Source: Vicinamibacterales bacterium
GTDB lineage: Bacteria; Acidobacteriota; Vicinamibacteria; Vicinamibacterales; UBA8438
Direction of reading: 5' to 3'
Length of the DNA stretch: 64,000 bases
NCBI GenBank assembly: GCA_965220695.1
Contig: OZ244838.1
Location: 4,547,293 to 4,611,292, forward strand
Below, one piece after another: positions 1-8,758 of this stretch; the stretch's first letter is position 1, and each line of letters opens with the position of its first letter. Position numbers and translations under genes: made by a program. Below the pieces are notes generated by a model. It ran no database searches, had not been told where the DNA came from, and saw only the letters and a list, made by a program, of their open reading frames with translations.

Positions 1-24
1 CCGGAGACCGCGCGTTCCAGAACG

Positions 25-486
25 GTGAATCCTGATTTCCTCGACCTGCTGGCGGCGCTTGTACGCGCAGACGCCCGCTTTCTGATCGCTGGCGCTCATG
101 CCATGGCGGCGCACGGCGTGCCGCGCGCCACCGGCGACCTTGATGTCTGGATTCAACCCGATCCCGAGAACGCCGGACGCGTCTGGGCCGCGTTGCTCGA
201 ATTCGGTGCGCCCATCACGGCGCTCGGCCTTTCGGAGGCTGACCTGGCGGCGCCGGACATGGTGTTCCAGTTGGGAACACCGCCCCGGCGCATCGACATC
301 CTGACATCGATTACCGGCGTGCGCTTCGAGCAGGCGTGGCCGGAGAGACGCGTGCACCGCATCGAGGCGCTGGACCTCCCGTTCCTCGGACGATCGGCGT
401 TGCTCGACAACAAGCGCGCCACGGGACGAGCGAAGGACCGCGCCGACGTGGAAACCCTGGAGCAGCCGGAGGACGCTGGACCATGA
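25..486 (+). CDS. nucleotidyltransferase-fold protein of unknown function (minimal NTase, MNT/AbiEii-like)
   Basis: 153-aa ORF. The motif AGAHAMAAHGVPRATGDLDVWI resembles the minimal nucleotidyltransferase G..(n)..D.D signature. Its TGA overlaps the ATG of the next gene (ATGA at 483-486). Confidence 0.5.
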   Translation: MNPDFLDLLAALVRADARFLIAGAHAMAAHGVPRATGDLDVWIQPDPENAGRVWAALLEFGAPITALGLSEADLAAPDMVFQLGTPPRRIDILTSITGVRFEQAWPERRVHRIEALDLPFLGRSALLDNKRATGRAKDRADVETLEQPEDAGP

Positions 487-3400
487 CCGGCCTGATCAAC
501 TGGTTCGCCCGTAATCCCGTCGCGGCCAACCTGCTGATGGTCTTCCTGATCGTCAGCGGCCTGATCGCCTCCTTCACCGTCAAGGAGGAGGTGTTCCCCG
601 AGTTCTCGCTGGACATGGTCACCATCGAGGTGCCCTACCTCGGTGCAGCCCCGGAGGAGGTCGAGTCGGGGGTCTGCGTGCGGATAGAGGAAGCGATCCA
701 GGGCATTGACGGCATCAAGCAGATCACCTCGACGGCGTCCGAGGGCATGGGGTCCGTCCAGATCGAACTGGAGCTCGGCGCCGACGCCCGCAAGGTGGTC
801 GACGACATCAAGAGCAACGTCGACGCGATCACGACCTTCCCGATCGAGACCGAGAAGCCGATCGTGCGCGAGCTGACGACGCGGCAGCAGGTGATCGACG
901 TCGCGGTGTCGGGGCCGGCCGACGAGCTGACGCTCAAGCGGGTCGCCGAGCGCGTCCGGGACGACCTGACCGCCCTGCCGGAGGTGACGCAGGCCGAGGT
1001 GACCGGTGCGCGTCCGTACGAGATCAGCATCGAAGTGTCCGAGACGGCATTGCGCCGGCACGGGCTGCGGTTCGACGATGTCGCCGACGCGGTGCGGCGC
1101 TCGTCGCTCGACCTGCCCGGGGGTACTGTGCGGGCCGAGAGCGGCGAGATCCTGCTGCGCACGATCGGGCAGGCGTATGAACGGCAGGACTACGAGGCGC
1201 TGGTGCTCCTGACCCGGCCCGACGGCACCCGGCTGCGGCTGGACGACGTCGCCACCGTGGTGGACGGGTTCGCCGAAACGGACGAGTCGGCCAGGTTCGA
1301 TGTCGAGCCGGCGGTGCTGGTGTCGGTCTATCGCACCGGCGATCAGCGCGTGCTCGAGATCGCGGAGGCCGTCGTGCAGTATGTCGACCGTGCCCGGAGC
1401 ACGATGCCGGCCGGGCTCACGCTCACCGTCTGGCAGAATCAGGCCGAGATCCTCGACTCCCGCCTGTCGCTGCTGATCCGCAACGGTCTGACCGGATTCG
1501 TGCTGGTGTTCGTCTCGCTGGCGCTGTTTCTCGACCTGCGGCTGGCGTTCTGGACGAGCCTGGGCATACCCATCTCGTTCCTCGGCGCGATCTGGCTGAT
1601 GCCGGTGTTCGACGTGTCGATCAACGTGATGTCGCTGTTCGCGTTCATTCTGGTGCTGGGCATCGTGGTCGACGACGCGATCGTCGTGGGCGAGAATATC
1701 CATACCCACCAGCAACGCCACGGGCAGGGTCTGAAAGGCGCCATCGAGGGTGCGATCGAGATCTCGACCCCGATCGTCTTCGCCGTGCTCACGACCGTGG
1801 CCGCGTTCATGCCGATGCTGTTCGTGCCGGGTCCGATGGGCAAGGTGTTCCGGGTGATCCCGTTCATCGTCATCCCCTGTCTGCTGTTCTCGCTCGTCGA
1901 GTCGCTCGCGATCCTGCCGGCCCATCTCTCGCACCTGTCGAGGCGCCGCCGTGAGGGCCCGTGGCGCAAATTCCAGGGGCTGTTCACCAAGGGACTGGCC
2001 TGGATCACCCGGCACGCGTATCAGCCGGCGCTCGAGTTCGCGATTCACTGGCGGTACCTGACCGCCGCGGTCGGGGCGGCGATGCTTGTCCTGACGGGAG
2101 GGCTGGTCCTCGGCGGCTACACCAGCTTTCTGTTCTTTCCCTCGATCGAAGCCGACTTCATGCGGGCCTCGGTGACCCTGCCGCAGGGCGCTCCGGTGGA
2201 CTCGACGTCCGCGGCGCTGGCGCGGGTCGAAGCGGGCGCCGAGCGACTCAGACGCGCCGTGCTGGACGAGACCGGTCAGGATGTCTTCCGGCACACCTTC
2301 TCGGCCGTGGGGAGCCAGGACGCCGGGGGCGGACCGATGGGCAACATGGGCTCGCCGTCCGGTTCGAACATCGGTCAGGTGACGATCGAGCTGGTCCCCG
2401 CCGAAGATCGTTCGATCAACAGCGACACGCTCGGGCGCCGGTGGCGCGAGATGACCGGCTCCATTCCGGAGGCGATCGATACCAACTTCACCGCAACCAT
2501 CATGGACGCCGGTGAGGACCTGAACGTCCAGTTGACGGGACCTGACGTCGGGGTGCTGCGCGAGGCGGCGCAGGCGGTGCGGGGCCGGCTCACCGAGTTC
2601 GCGGGAGTCTACGAGATTACGGACACCTTCCGCGACGGCAAGCGCGAGATGCGCCTGGGCATCAAGCCGTCGGCCGAGACCCTCGGTCTCAGTCTGCAGG
2701 ATCTCGGCCGGCAGGTCAGGCAGGCGTTCTACGGCGAAGAGGCGCAGCGAATCCAGCGCGGCCGTGACGATGTGCGCGTCCTGGTCCGCTATCCGCAAAC
2801 GGAGCGGCGGTCGCTCGGCGACCTGGAGAACATGCGGATCCGCACGCCGACCGGCGCAGAGGTGCCGTTCGGCGACGTGGCCGTCGTCGAGACCGGCCGC
2901 GGCTTCTCGTCGGTGCGGCGCGTCGATCGCAACCGCGCCGTCAGCGTGACCGCGTCGGTCGACCCGACCGCGACCTCGAGCGGCGCCGTCACCGCCGAGC
3001 TGGAAAGCACGATCCTGCCCGAAGTGCTCGCCGCGTTCCCTGGCGTGACCTATTCCTTCGAAGGGATGCAGGCCCAGCAGGCGGATTCGATCGGAGGCCT
3101 CGCCCGCGGCTTCGCGCTGGCCCTGCTGCTGATTTACGCCCTGCTCGCGGTGCCGCTCAGGTCCTACGTGCAGCCGTTGATCGTGATGGGGGCGATTCCG
3201 TTCGGGCTGATCGGCGCCATCTGGGGCCACATCGTGATGGGACTCGACGTGACGTTGATCTCGATGTTCGGCTTGGTGGCGCTGACCGGAGTGGTCGTGA
3301 ACGACAGCCTCGTGATGGTCGACTTCATCAACCGCAAGCGTGCGCGGAACGCCGATCTGCAGAGTGCGGTGCGCGAAGCGGGAGTCGCCAGGTTCCGCCC

Positions 3401-3653
3401 CATCATGCTGACGTCGTTGACGACCTTCGCCGGGCTGGCGCCGCTGATGTTCAACCGCAGCTTTCAAGCCGCGTTTCTCGTGCCGATGGCGGTCTCGCTG
3501 GCGTTCGGCGTGGTGTTCGCGACCTTCATCACGCTGGCGCTGGTGCCCACGGCCTATCTGATTCTCGACGACATCGGCCGCGCGCTGAAGCGGCTCGTGA
3601 GCGGGACGCCCGAGGCGCCCGCCGCCCCGCTCGCGACGTTCGATACACCCTGA
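483..3653 (+). CDS. RND efflux transporter permease (AcrB/AcrD/AcrF, HAE1-type)
   Basis: The internal ATG at 483 gives the typical RND N-terminus MTGLINWFARNPVAANLLMVFLIVSG. The protein is about 1056 aa with the two-large-loop, 12-TM layout. I reject the track start at 336 as an Arg/Gly-rich upstream extension. Confidence 0.9.
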   Translation: MTGLINWFARNPVAANLLMVFLIVSGLIASFTVKEEVFPEFSLDMVTIEVPYLGAAPEEVESGVCVRIEEAIQGIDGIKQITSTASEGMGSVQIELELGADARKVVDDIKSNVDAITTFPIETEKPIVRELTTRQQVIDVAVSGPADELTLKRVAERVRDDLTALPEVTQAEVTGARPYEISIEVSETALRRHGLRFDDVADAVRRSSLDLPGGTVRAESGEILLRTIGQAYERQDYEALVLLTRPDGTRLRLDDVATVVDGFAETDESARFDVEPAVLVSVYRTGDQRVLEIAEAVVQYVDRARSTMPAGLTLTVWQNQAEILDSRLSLLIRNGLTGFVLVFVSLALFLDLRLAFWTSLGIPISFLGAIWLMPVFDVSINVMSLFAFILVLGIVVDDAIVVGENIHTHQQRHGQGLKGAIEGAIEISTPIVFAVLTTVAAFMPMLFVPGPMGKVFRVIPFIVIPCLLFSLVESLAILPAHLSHLSRRRREGPWRKFQGLFTKGLAWITRHAYQPALEFAIHWRYLTAAVGAAMLVLTGGLVLGGYTSFLFFPSIEADFMRASVTLPQGAPVDSTSAALARVEAGAERLRRAVLDETGQDVFRHTFSAVGSQDAGGGPMGNMGSPSGSNIGQVTIELVPAEDRSINSDTLGRRWREMTGSIPEAIDTNFTATIMDAGEDLNVQLTGPDVGVLREAAQAVRGRLTEFAGVYEITDTFRDGKREMRLGIKPSAETLGLSLQDLGRQVRQAFYGEEAQRIQRGRDDVRVLVRYPQTERRSLGDLENMRIRTPTGAEVPFGDVAVVETGRGFSSVRRVDRNRAVSVTASVDPTATSSGAVTAELESTILPEVLAAFPGVTYSFEGMQAQQADSIGGLARGFALALLLIYALLAVPLRSYVQPLIVMGAIPFGLIGAIWGHIVMGLDVTLISMFGLVALTGVVVNDSLVMVDFINRKRARNADLQSAVREAGVARFRPIMLTSLTTFAGLAPLMFNRSFQAAFLVPMAVSLAFGVVFATFITLALVPTAYLILDDIGRALKRLVSGTPEAPAAPLATFDTP

Positions 3654-3723
3654 TCCCTGGCAGCCCGTGTGGGCCGGTCACCCGTCGTGAGCATCCCGCG
3701 CCGGCCGCGGGCAGGGGCGATCG

Positions 3724-5364
3724 TTACCGCGGATTGTCCGGCATCGCGCAGGCGAAATTCGCGGCGTCGTCGGTACTGCCGGCGCCGTTCCAGCGCGCGA
3801 CCTGCGGATACGGACAGAGCGGGCGGGTGCGCACGACCTCGCCGCCCTCCAGCTTCGACGCGATGAGCCGTTCCGGCGCGGCATCCTGCTCGACCCATTG
3901 CTCGAGCGCCGTCAGGGCGTCGAACCGGTCCGGACCGGGACCACCCCGGCAATGTCCCATGCCCGGCACCATGAACAGCCGGAAGAACTCCCGGGTGGCG
4001 GCCAGCGCCTCCTCCGGCGTCCTGCCGTCGCCGATCACAGACATCGCCTCTTCGTAGTAGTCGATGGTGCCGATCGGCGAGATGTCGGCGTCGCTCCAGC
4101 CGTGGTAGACCAGCAGCTTGCCGCCGTTGTCACGCAACGGCCGCAGATCGGGGTCGTTGGCGTCCAGCGCCGCGCCCACTTTGGCCAGCGCGATCGGCAG
4201 ATCGCGCTCATAGTCCCAGGTGCGGAAGTCCCAGTCCGGGTCGTCGAAGACCATGTTTTTCATGAAACCGTCCGCCGCCCGCCAGTGCGTGCCGGTGAAC
4301 GCCTCGCGGCCGGTGACCCAGCTCGACCAGCCGCCCGGACCCGCCTCGCCTCCGGGCACGAGCCCCGGGTAGAGCACATCACCCGCGGCGTTCGTCGGAC
4401 CGGTCCAGATGTCCCTGACCGCCTGCACCTGCGCGGAGGTGAAACAGGCGGCGTCGGTCATGCCCGGCGCGCAGGCCAGCGTTCCGGGGTCGAAGTCGCA
4501 GTTGCGCGGGTCGTCGAGCACGCCGTCCTCGATGCCGTCGATCGCGTCACAGGCGGCCGTGACGGCGGCGCCCAGCACCGCGGCCTTGTCCGGCGGGATG
4601 TAGCTGTCGGGGTTGTCGAGCGTCGCCAGCGCATACCAGAGATGCGCGCTCGCGTAGAAGCTGGTCCAGTTGTGTGCCGGGTTCCCAACGACCAGACCGT
4701 CGAAGTCGTCCGGATACCGCTGCGCCTCCATCATCCCCTGCTGCCCCCCTTTCGAGCAGCCGACGTAGTAGGCGTAGTCGGGTGCATCCCCGTAGAACGC
4801 CGCCGTGATCGCCTTGCCATGGACAGCGGTCAGATGGATCGACCGGTGCCCGAAGTCTTCCACGAGGTCGGGGCGGCCGAGCGCCCAACTGGCGTCGAAC
4901 CCGTCCGTCCCAGGCCGCACGTGCCCGGTGTCGGTGCTCGCCGCGGCGTACCCGCGCTCCAAGGCCCCCGCCATCGCCGCGTAGCTGATGACCCCGGCCA
5001 TGCCGCCATTGCCCGACGTGTGGAACTTGCCGTTCCAGTCGTCCGCCGGCAGCCAGACCTCGAAGTTGACCGCCGGATCGGTGGTGGCGGCCACCCGGCA
5101 GAACGCCGGCAGCTCCAGCGGCCGGCCGGCGCCGGGGGGCGTGAACGGCCCGGCGGGAACCGCCTCGGCCAGCGTGATCGCCGTCTCCGGCAGCGCGAGC
5201 GCCGCGAGGTCGGCGCAGGCCATCGGCGAACCGGCATCGGCGCCGGTCTCCGTCGCTGCCCCGCCGGTCCCGCACGCCGCAACCACCGCCGCCGTCAGCG
5301 CCGCAAGCGCGCACCCGAGCAGCGTCTTCCACCGAATATCGTTGCTGTTCTGCATGCCGCTCAT
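3724..5364 (-). CDS. tannase / feruloyl esterase family alpha/beta hydrolase, secreted
   Basis: Nucleophile elbow GCSKGGQQGMMEAQRYPDDFDGLVVGNPA is typical of the tannase/feruloyl esterase family. An N-terminal signal or lipoprotein-like segment LLGCALAALTAAVVAACG is present. Start chosen at MSGMQNS (5364); MQNS (5355) is also possible. Confidence 0.85.
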   Translation of the reverse strand: MSGMQNSNDIRWKTLLGCALAALTAAVVAACGTGGAATETGADAGSPMACADLAALALPETAITLAEAVPAGPFTPPGAGRPLELPAFCRVAATTDPAVNFEVWLPADDWNGKFHTSGNGGMAGVISYAAMAGALERGYAAASTDTGHVRPGTDGFDASWALGRPDLVEDFGHRSIHLTAVHGKAITAAFYGDAPDYAYYVGCSKGGQQGMMEAQRYPDDFDGLVVGNPAHNWTSFYASAHLWYALATLDNPDSYIPPDKAAVLGAAVTAACDAIDGIEDGVLDDPRNCDFDPGTLACAPGMTDAACFTSAQVQAVRDIWTGPTNAAGDVLYPGLVPGGEAGPGGWSSWVTGREAFTGTHWRAADGFMKNMVFDDPDWDFRTWDYERDLPIALAKVGAALDANDPDLRPLRDNGGKLLVYHGWSDADISPIGTIDYYEEAMSVIGDGRTPEEALAATREFFRLFMVPGMGHCRGGPGPDRFDALTALEQWVEQDAAPERLIASKLEGGEVVRTRPLCPYPQVARWNGAGSTDDAANFACAMPDNPR

Positions 5365-5493
5365 CCTAATACGCCCGCCCGGCCGCCAGCAACGCGGCAG
5401 CCACCGTTTCAACGTGTCTCGGTCGGTCGGGTGCAATCGGCAGCACCTGGTTGTCTGTATGCACCAGACAGTACCAGGATTCGCTGATGAGTA

Positions 5494-5658
5494 CTAGCAG
5501 CCCGTGGCAAAAGCCCCGCTGCATTCGATCGACGCTGCATCCCACTGATCTGCGTTGTTCATCGGTCGAATACTACCGGTATTCTCCCTCTTCTCGCCTT
5601 GCTCACCGGGCGCATCGCCGATCTCGGTGCAACGCGGGGTTTCACCACGGGCTGCTAG
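5494..5658. mobile_element. 165-bp MITE, copy A, with terminal inverted repeats matching the IS5/IS1182-like elements of the island
   Basis: It starts CTAGCAGCCCGTGGCAAAAGCCCCGC and ends GCGGGGTTTCACCACGGGCTGCTAG, which are inverted repeats. It is non-coding and lies between the esterase start and the brnA stop. It differs from the reverse complement of 25977-26141 at about 12 of 165 positions by manual alignment. Confidence 0.8.
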
Positions 5659-5673
5659 GTTACGAACGGAACA

Positions 5674-5904
5674 CTAGCGAGGGTTGTCGGCCGGCCGCGC
5701 CGAGATCACCAAACGGAGAGCACGGTTCACGGATTCCGATGTGTCGAAGACCGCGGCGACGTCGGGTTCCAGGGTGACGGCGACGACCGTGCCGCTCATC
5801 TCGGAGGCGAATCGGTTCGGGCGACTCCGCGAGTAGTCCAGGTGGTACTCTGACCGCAGATCGTCGGATGTGTCAGTGGTCGACGAGGCCTTGTTCGTAG
5901 TCAT
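5674..5904 (-). CDS. brnA: BrnA-type antitoxin (CopG/RHH-like C-terminus)
   Basis: 76 aa. LRSEYHLDYSRSRPNRFA...VAVTLEPDVAAVFDTSESVNRALRLVI follows the BrnA pattern (EYDFSKA.RNPYA ... I.LD.DV...F ... N..LR). It lies immediately downstream of the brnT-like gene and overlaps it by 32 nt. Confidence 0.7.
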   Translation of the reverse strand: MTTNKASSTTDTSDDLRSEYHLDYSRSRPNRFASEMSGTVVAVTLEPDVAAVFDTSESVNRALRLVISARPADNPR

Positions 5905-6184
5905 GTCGTTCCCGTTTCGTGGTACGGCGGGCGCTGATGATCCGAACCTTGCGGCTGCGCTCCGTGAAACTCACGATCAGCAGCCGTTGTCGCGTAGAGT
6001 GTCCGACGATTATCTCCCGTGATTCGTCTGCCGAGTGGCCGGGGTCATCGAAGATCCGCGCCAGCGGATCGGCGAAGACCGTCAACGCTTCCTCGAAGCC
6101 GACACCATGCTTCCTGAAGTTGGCCTCAGCCTTCGAAACCTGCCACTCGAAGCCTACTCCCACCGTGGAACCCGAGCGTATCAC
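5873..6184 (-). CDS. brnT: BrnT-family toxin (DUF497)
   Basis: FEWQVSKAEANFRKHGVGFEEALTVFADPLARIFDDPGHS..EIIVGHS..RLLIVSFTERS.KVRIISARRTTKRERHDYE is the DUF497/BrnT pattern. I place the start at GTG 6184, preceded by AGGAAG 5 nt upstream. GTG 6163 is an alternative, and the track start 6274 is probably an extension. Confidence 0.75.
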   Translation of the reverse strand: MIRSGSTVGVGFEWQVSKAEANFRKHGVGFEEALTVFADPLARIFDDPGHSADESREIIVGHSTRQRLLIVSFTERSRKVRIISARRTTKRERHDYEQGLVDH

Positions 6185-6394
6185 GATGTCTTCCTGCTGC
6201 CGATGATCTGATCCAATGGCACTCCAACCGTCTATCCGGATCGAAGGGGGCCTGCTCGGTCCGGACCTCATCAATCGACAGCCTGATGGGCGCCGCGCCG
6301 GACACGCCGGAGGGCGACGAACTCGATGTCCTTGTCAGCCTCGTAGAAGCGTACGAAGCGGAGCGCTGGCCGATCAAGGCGCCGAGGCTGACGG

Positions 6395-6853
6395 TCAGCG
6401 GGCGGAGGGCGGCGGTGGGTCGTAGGTGAGCTCGACGTAGCCGTCGCGCGGGGTCCACTGCACGCGGCGCGCTGGGAGGTCCGAGTCGTCGTCGCTCTTG
6501 CTCACGTACACCAGGATCTCGTCGTAGTCCGCCTTGATGGGCTCGATCAGCGTACGGGCGATTGTCCCGGTCCGGGACGGGTCGTCGGCGTCGACCTCGA
6601 TGACGAATGTGCCTCGCGCGGTCGCCATGTTCCGAATCTGCCAGCCCTCGTTGACCAGCAGCGGGTCGGCCGTCGGATCGGATGCGTCGTTTCCGACGGC
6701 TTCGGCGCCGCCAACGGCATTCGCGGCAGTCGGGCCGGGGTCCGGACCGCCGCCCGCGGGCTCACGGCGAACCGCCCAGTTGAGCGCCAGCAGGGCGACG
6801 GCGCACCCGGCGAGTCCGAGGCGGAACGGCATTGCCAGAGTGAAGCCGGTCAT
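6395..6853 (-). CDS. hypothetical membrane-anchored protein
   Basis: N-terminal hydrophobic segment MTGFTLAMPFRLGLAGCAVALLALNW is followed by a Gly/Pro/Ala linker and a ~90-aa acidic domain. The start is uncertain (6853 or 6832) and there is no clear RBS. Confidence 0.4.
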   Translation of the reverse strand: MTGFTLAMPFRLGLAGCAVALLALNWAVRREPAGGGPDPGPTAANAVGGAEAVGNDASDPTADPLLVNEGWQIRNMATARGTFVIEVDADDPSRTGTIARTLIEPIKADYDEILVYVSKSDDDSDLPARRVQWTPRDGYVELTYDPPPPSAR

Positions 6854-6956
6854 GAATCCGGTTCGTGCGGCTGTTTCGATGCGGCAGAATAGCATGGATG
6901 TACGATTGAACCTTTGGCGGACGCCGAACGTCCACACAGCGGGAGGAGTGCAATCA

Positions 6957-7703
6957 ATGACGAAACTTGCATCACGGAATTGCGGCCTGGCGGTCGTCAT
7001 GCTGTCGGCGGCGGCGCTGCTGGTTCCGGCGGCGCACGCCCAGACGCTCGAGGACATCATCAACAACAGTCTCGAGGCAGCGGGGGGACGGGCGGCGATC
7101 GAGGCCATCACGAGTGTGCGTCAGTCGGGTACGTTCACCATGGGTACGGGGTACGGCGATCTGGACGGCGACATCGAAGTGGTCACCATTCCGAACCAGA
7201 AGGTCTACCAGGCGCTCGAGAGCGACCTGTTCGAGCAGTTCAGCGGATGGAATGGCGTCTCGGGTTGGCAGTCGGACACCGCGCAAGGCCTGATCGACCT
7301 CGAGGGCGACCAGGCCGCGAGCCTGGCCGCGCAGACCGCGCTGCACCCGTTCATTGCCTATGGACGCCCCGAGTTCGGCGTCACGGAGTTTCAGAAGCTC
7401 GACGATGCCGACATCGGCGGACGGGCGCATCATGTCGTCCGCATCGGGGGGACGGGATTGGACTTCGACATTTTCGTCGACGCAGAGACCTGGTTGATCT
7501 CGCGGCTGCAGTTCGACACGATGGTGCCGCAAATGGGAGAGATCACCATCACCGCCAACACGTCAGGATACGAAGAGCACAACGGCGTGATGCTGGCGTC
7601 GATCAATTCCCTCGTGCTGCCCGCGGTGGTCACGATCGACATGCAGTACACCACGACCGAGATCGATGTCGAGGTGGATCACTCCATCTTCGAGAAGCCG
7701 TGA
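6957..7703 (+). CDS. secreted hypothetical protein (LolA-like / lipoprotein-sorting-like fold suspected)
   Basis: ATG 6957 is preceded by GGGAGGAG. Signal peptide is MTKLASRNCGLAVVMLSAAALLVPAAHAQ. No catalytic motif recognised. Confidence 0.6.
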   Translation: MTKLASRNCGLAVVMLSAAALLVPAAHAQTLEDIINNSLEAAGGRAAIEAITSVRQSGTFTMGTGYGDLDGDIEVVTIPNQKVYQALESDLFEQFSGWNGVSGWQSDTAQGLIDLEGDQAASLAAQTALHPFIAYGRPEFGVTEFQKLDDADIGGRAHHVVRIGGTGLDFDIFVDAETWLISRLQFDTMVPQMGEITITANTSGYEEHNGVMLASINSLVLPAVVTIDMQYTTTEIDVEVDHSIFEKP

Positions 7704-7792
7704 GGCCTGGACGCGAGCCCGGATAGCGACGGGCGACTGGCGGGCGCCGGTGGCCGGGGGCGGTCAGGCGCGGCGGCGCCGGGGCGGGTGCG

Positions 7793-8629
7793 TCACAGGT
7801 GCAGATTGCCGCGTCCCGGTCCGACGAACGAGTACAGCGTCATGCCGGCGGCCGAGGCCATGTCCACGGCGAGACTCGACGCGGCGCCGACCGAGACCAT
7901 CACCGGAATCGCCGCCTTCAGCGCCTTTTGCACCAGTTCGAACCCGGCGCGGCCGCTGACCACCAGAATGTGGCCGGCCAGCGACGTCGCGCCGTCGAGC
8001 ACCGCACGGCCGATGACCTTGTCGACGGCGTTGTGCCGGCCGATGTCTTCCCGCACCACCAGCAGCTCTCCATCGAGGGTGAACAACCCGGCGGCGTGAA
8101 TGCCGCCGGTGGCGGCGAAGAGGGTCTGGTGCGGCCGCATCCGATCGGGCAGTTGGGCCAGCAGGTCGGTCTCCACGCCCACCTCGGCGATGCCCGGCAG
8201 GGCCTGGTCGAGATCCTCGAGCCGTTCCTTGCCGCATACCCCGCAGGCCGCGGTTGCGCGGAAATCGCGTTGCGCCTTCTCGACGCTGGACCGGTCCGTC
8301 ATGGGCTGCAACGTCACCAGCACGCGGTCGCCGGCGCTGACGTGACCCGCCGCCAGCGCCTCGGGAGACGGTCGTGCAGGTCCTGCCTCGGAGTGCAGGG
8401 AGACCAGTTGATCGCGGCCGGCGACGACGCCCTCACTGAACAGGAACCCGGCAGCCAGTTCGTCGTCGTGCCCCGGGGTCCGCATGGTGATGACGAGCGG
8501 GCTGCCGTCCACCCGGATTTCCAGCGGCGCCTCGACCGCAACCACGTCAAACACGACCTGCTGGTCCGCCCGGCGGACCGACACGCGGCGGACACCTGAA
8601 GGAGTATTGAGACTCGTGCTGTCGGTCAT
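7793..8629 (-). CDS. fdhD: formate dehydrogenase accessory sulfurtransferase FdhD
   Basis: Contains MRTPGHDDELAAGFLFSEG, ACGVCGK, EDIGRHNAVDKVIG and VSGRAGFELVQKA, the classic FdhD blocks. Start taken at MTDSTSLN (8629). It is divergent from fdnG. Confidence 0.9.
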   Translation of the reverse strand: MTDSTSLNTPSGVRRVSVRRADQQVVFDVVAVEAPLEIRVDGSPLVITMRTPGHDDELAAGFLFSEGVVAGRDQLVSLHSEAGPARPSPEALAAGHVSAGDRVLVTLQPMTDRSSVEKAQRDFRATAACGVCGKERLEDLDQALPGIAEVGVETDLLAQLPDRMRPHQTLFAATGGIHAAGLFTLDGELLVVREDIGRHNAVDKVIGRAVLDGATSLAGHILVVSGRAGFELVQKALKAAIPVMVSVGAASSLAVDMASAAGMTLYSFVGPGRGNLHL

Positions 8630-8758
8630 CTGTGTGATTCTATTCCGCACCGGTGGGATGGACCACCGGCGGACGCGTCGGACAGACGTAATGCCGCGTT
8701 CGCGAGCATCACTGCGCACGGGTGACACGGCCGATTCCTGTGCTAAGGTAGCGCTGAG

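Noticed and set aside
153-3467. 1104-aa ORF antisense to the RND gene. Similar very long antisense or out-of-frame ORFs occur at 3898-5487, 15809-16999, 17096-18346, 22219-24576, 36534-38921 and 40378-43326.
   Set aside because: The translations are Arg/Gly/Pro/His-rich low-complexity strings with no motifs. Each lies opposite or out of frame to a gene with clear family signatures. They are typical stop-codon-poor artefacts of ~70% G+C DNA.
3694-3710. GC hairpin CCCGCG-CCGGC-CGCGGG between the convergent RND and esterase genes, as an intrinsic terminator
   Set aside because: It is a short 6-bp stem with no flanking T-tract. Such palindromes are frequent by chance in high-GC DNA.
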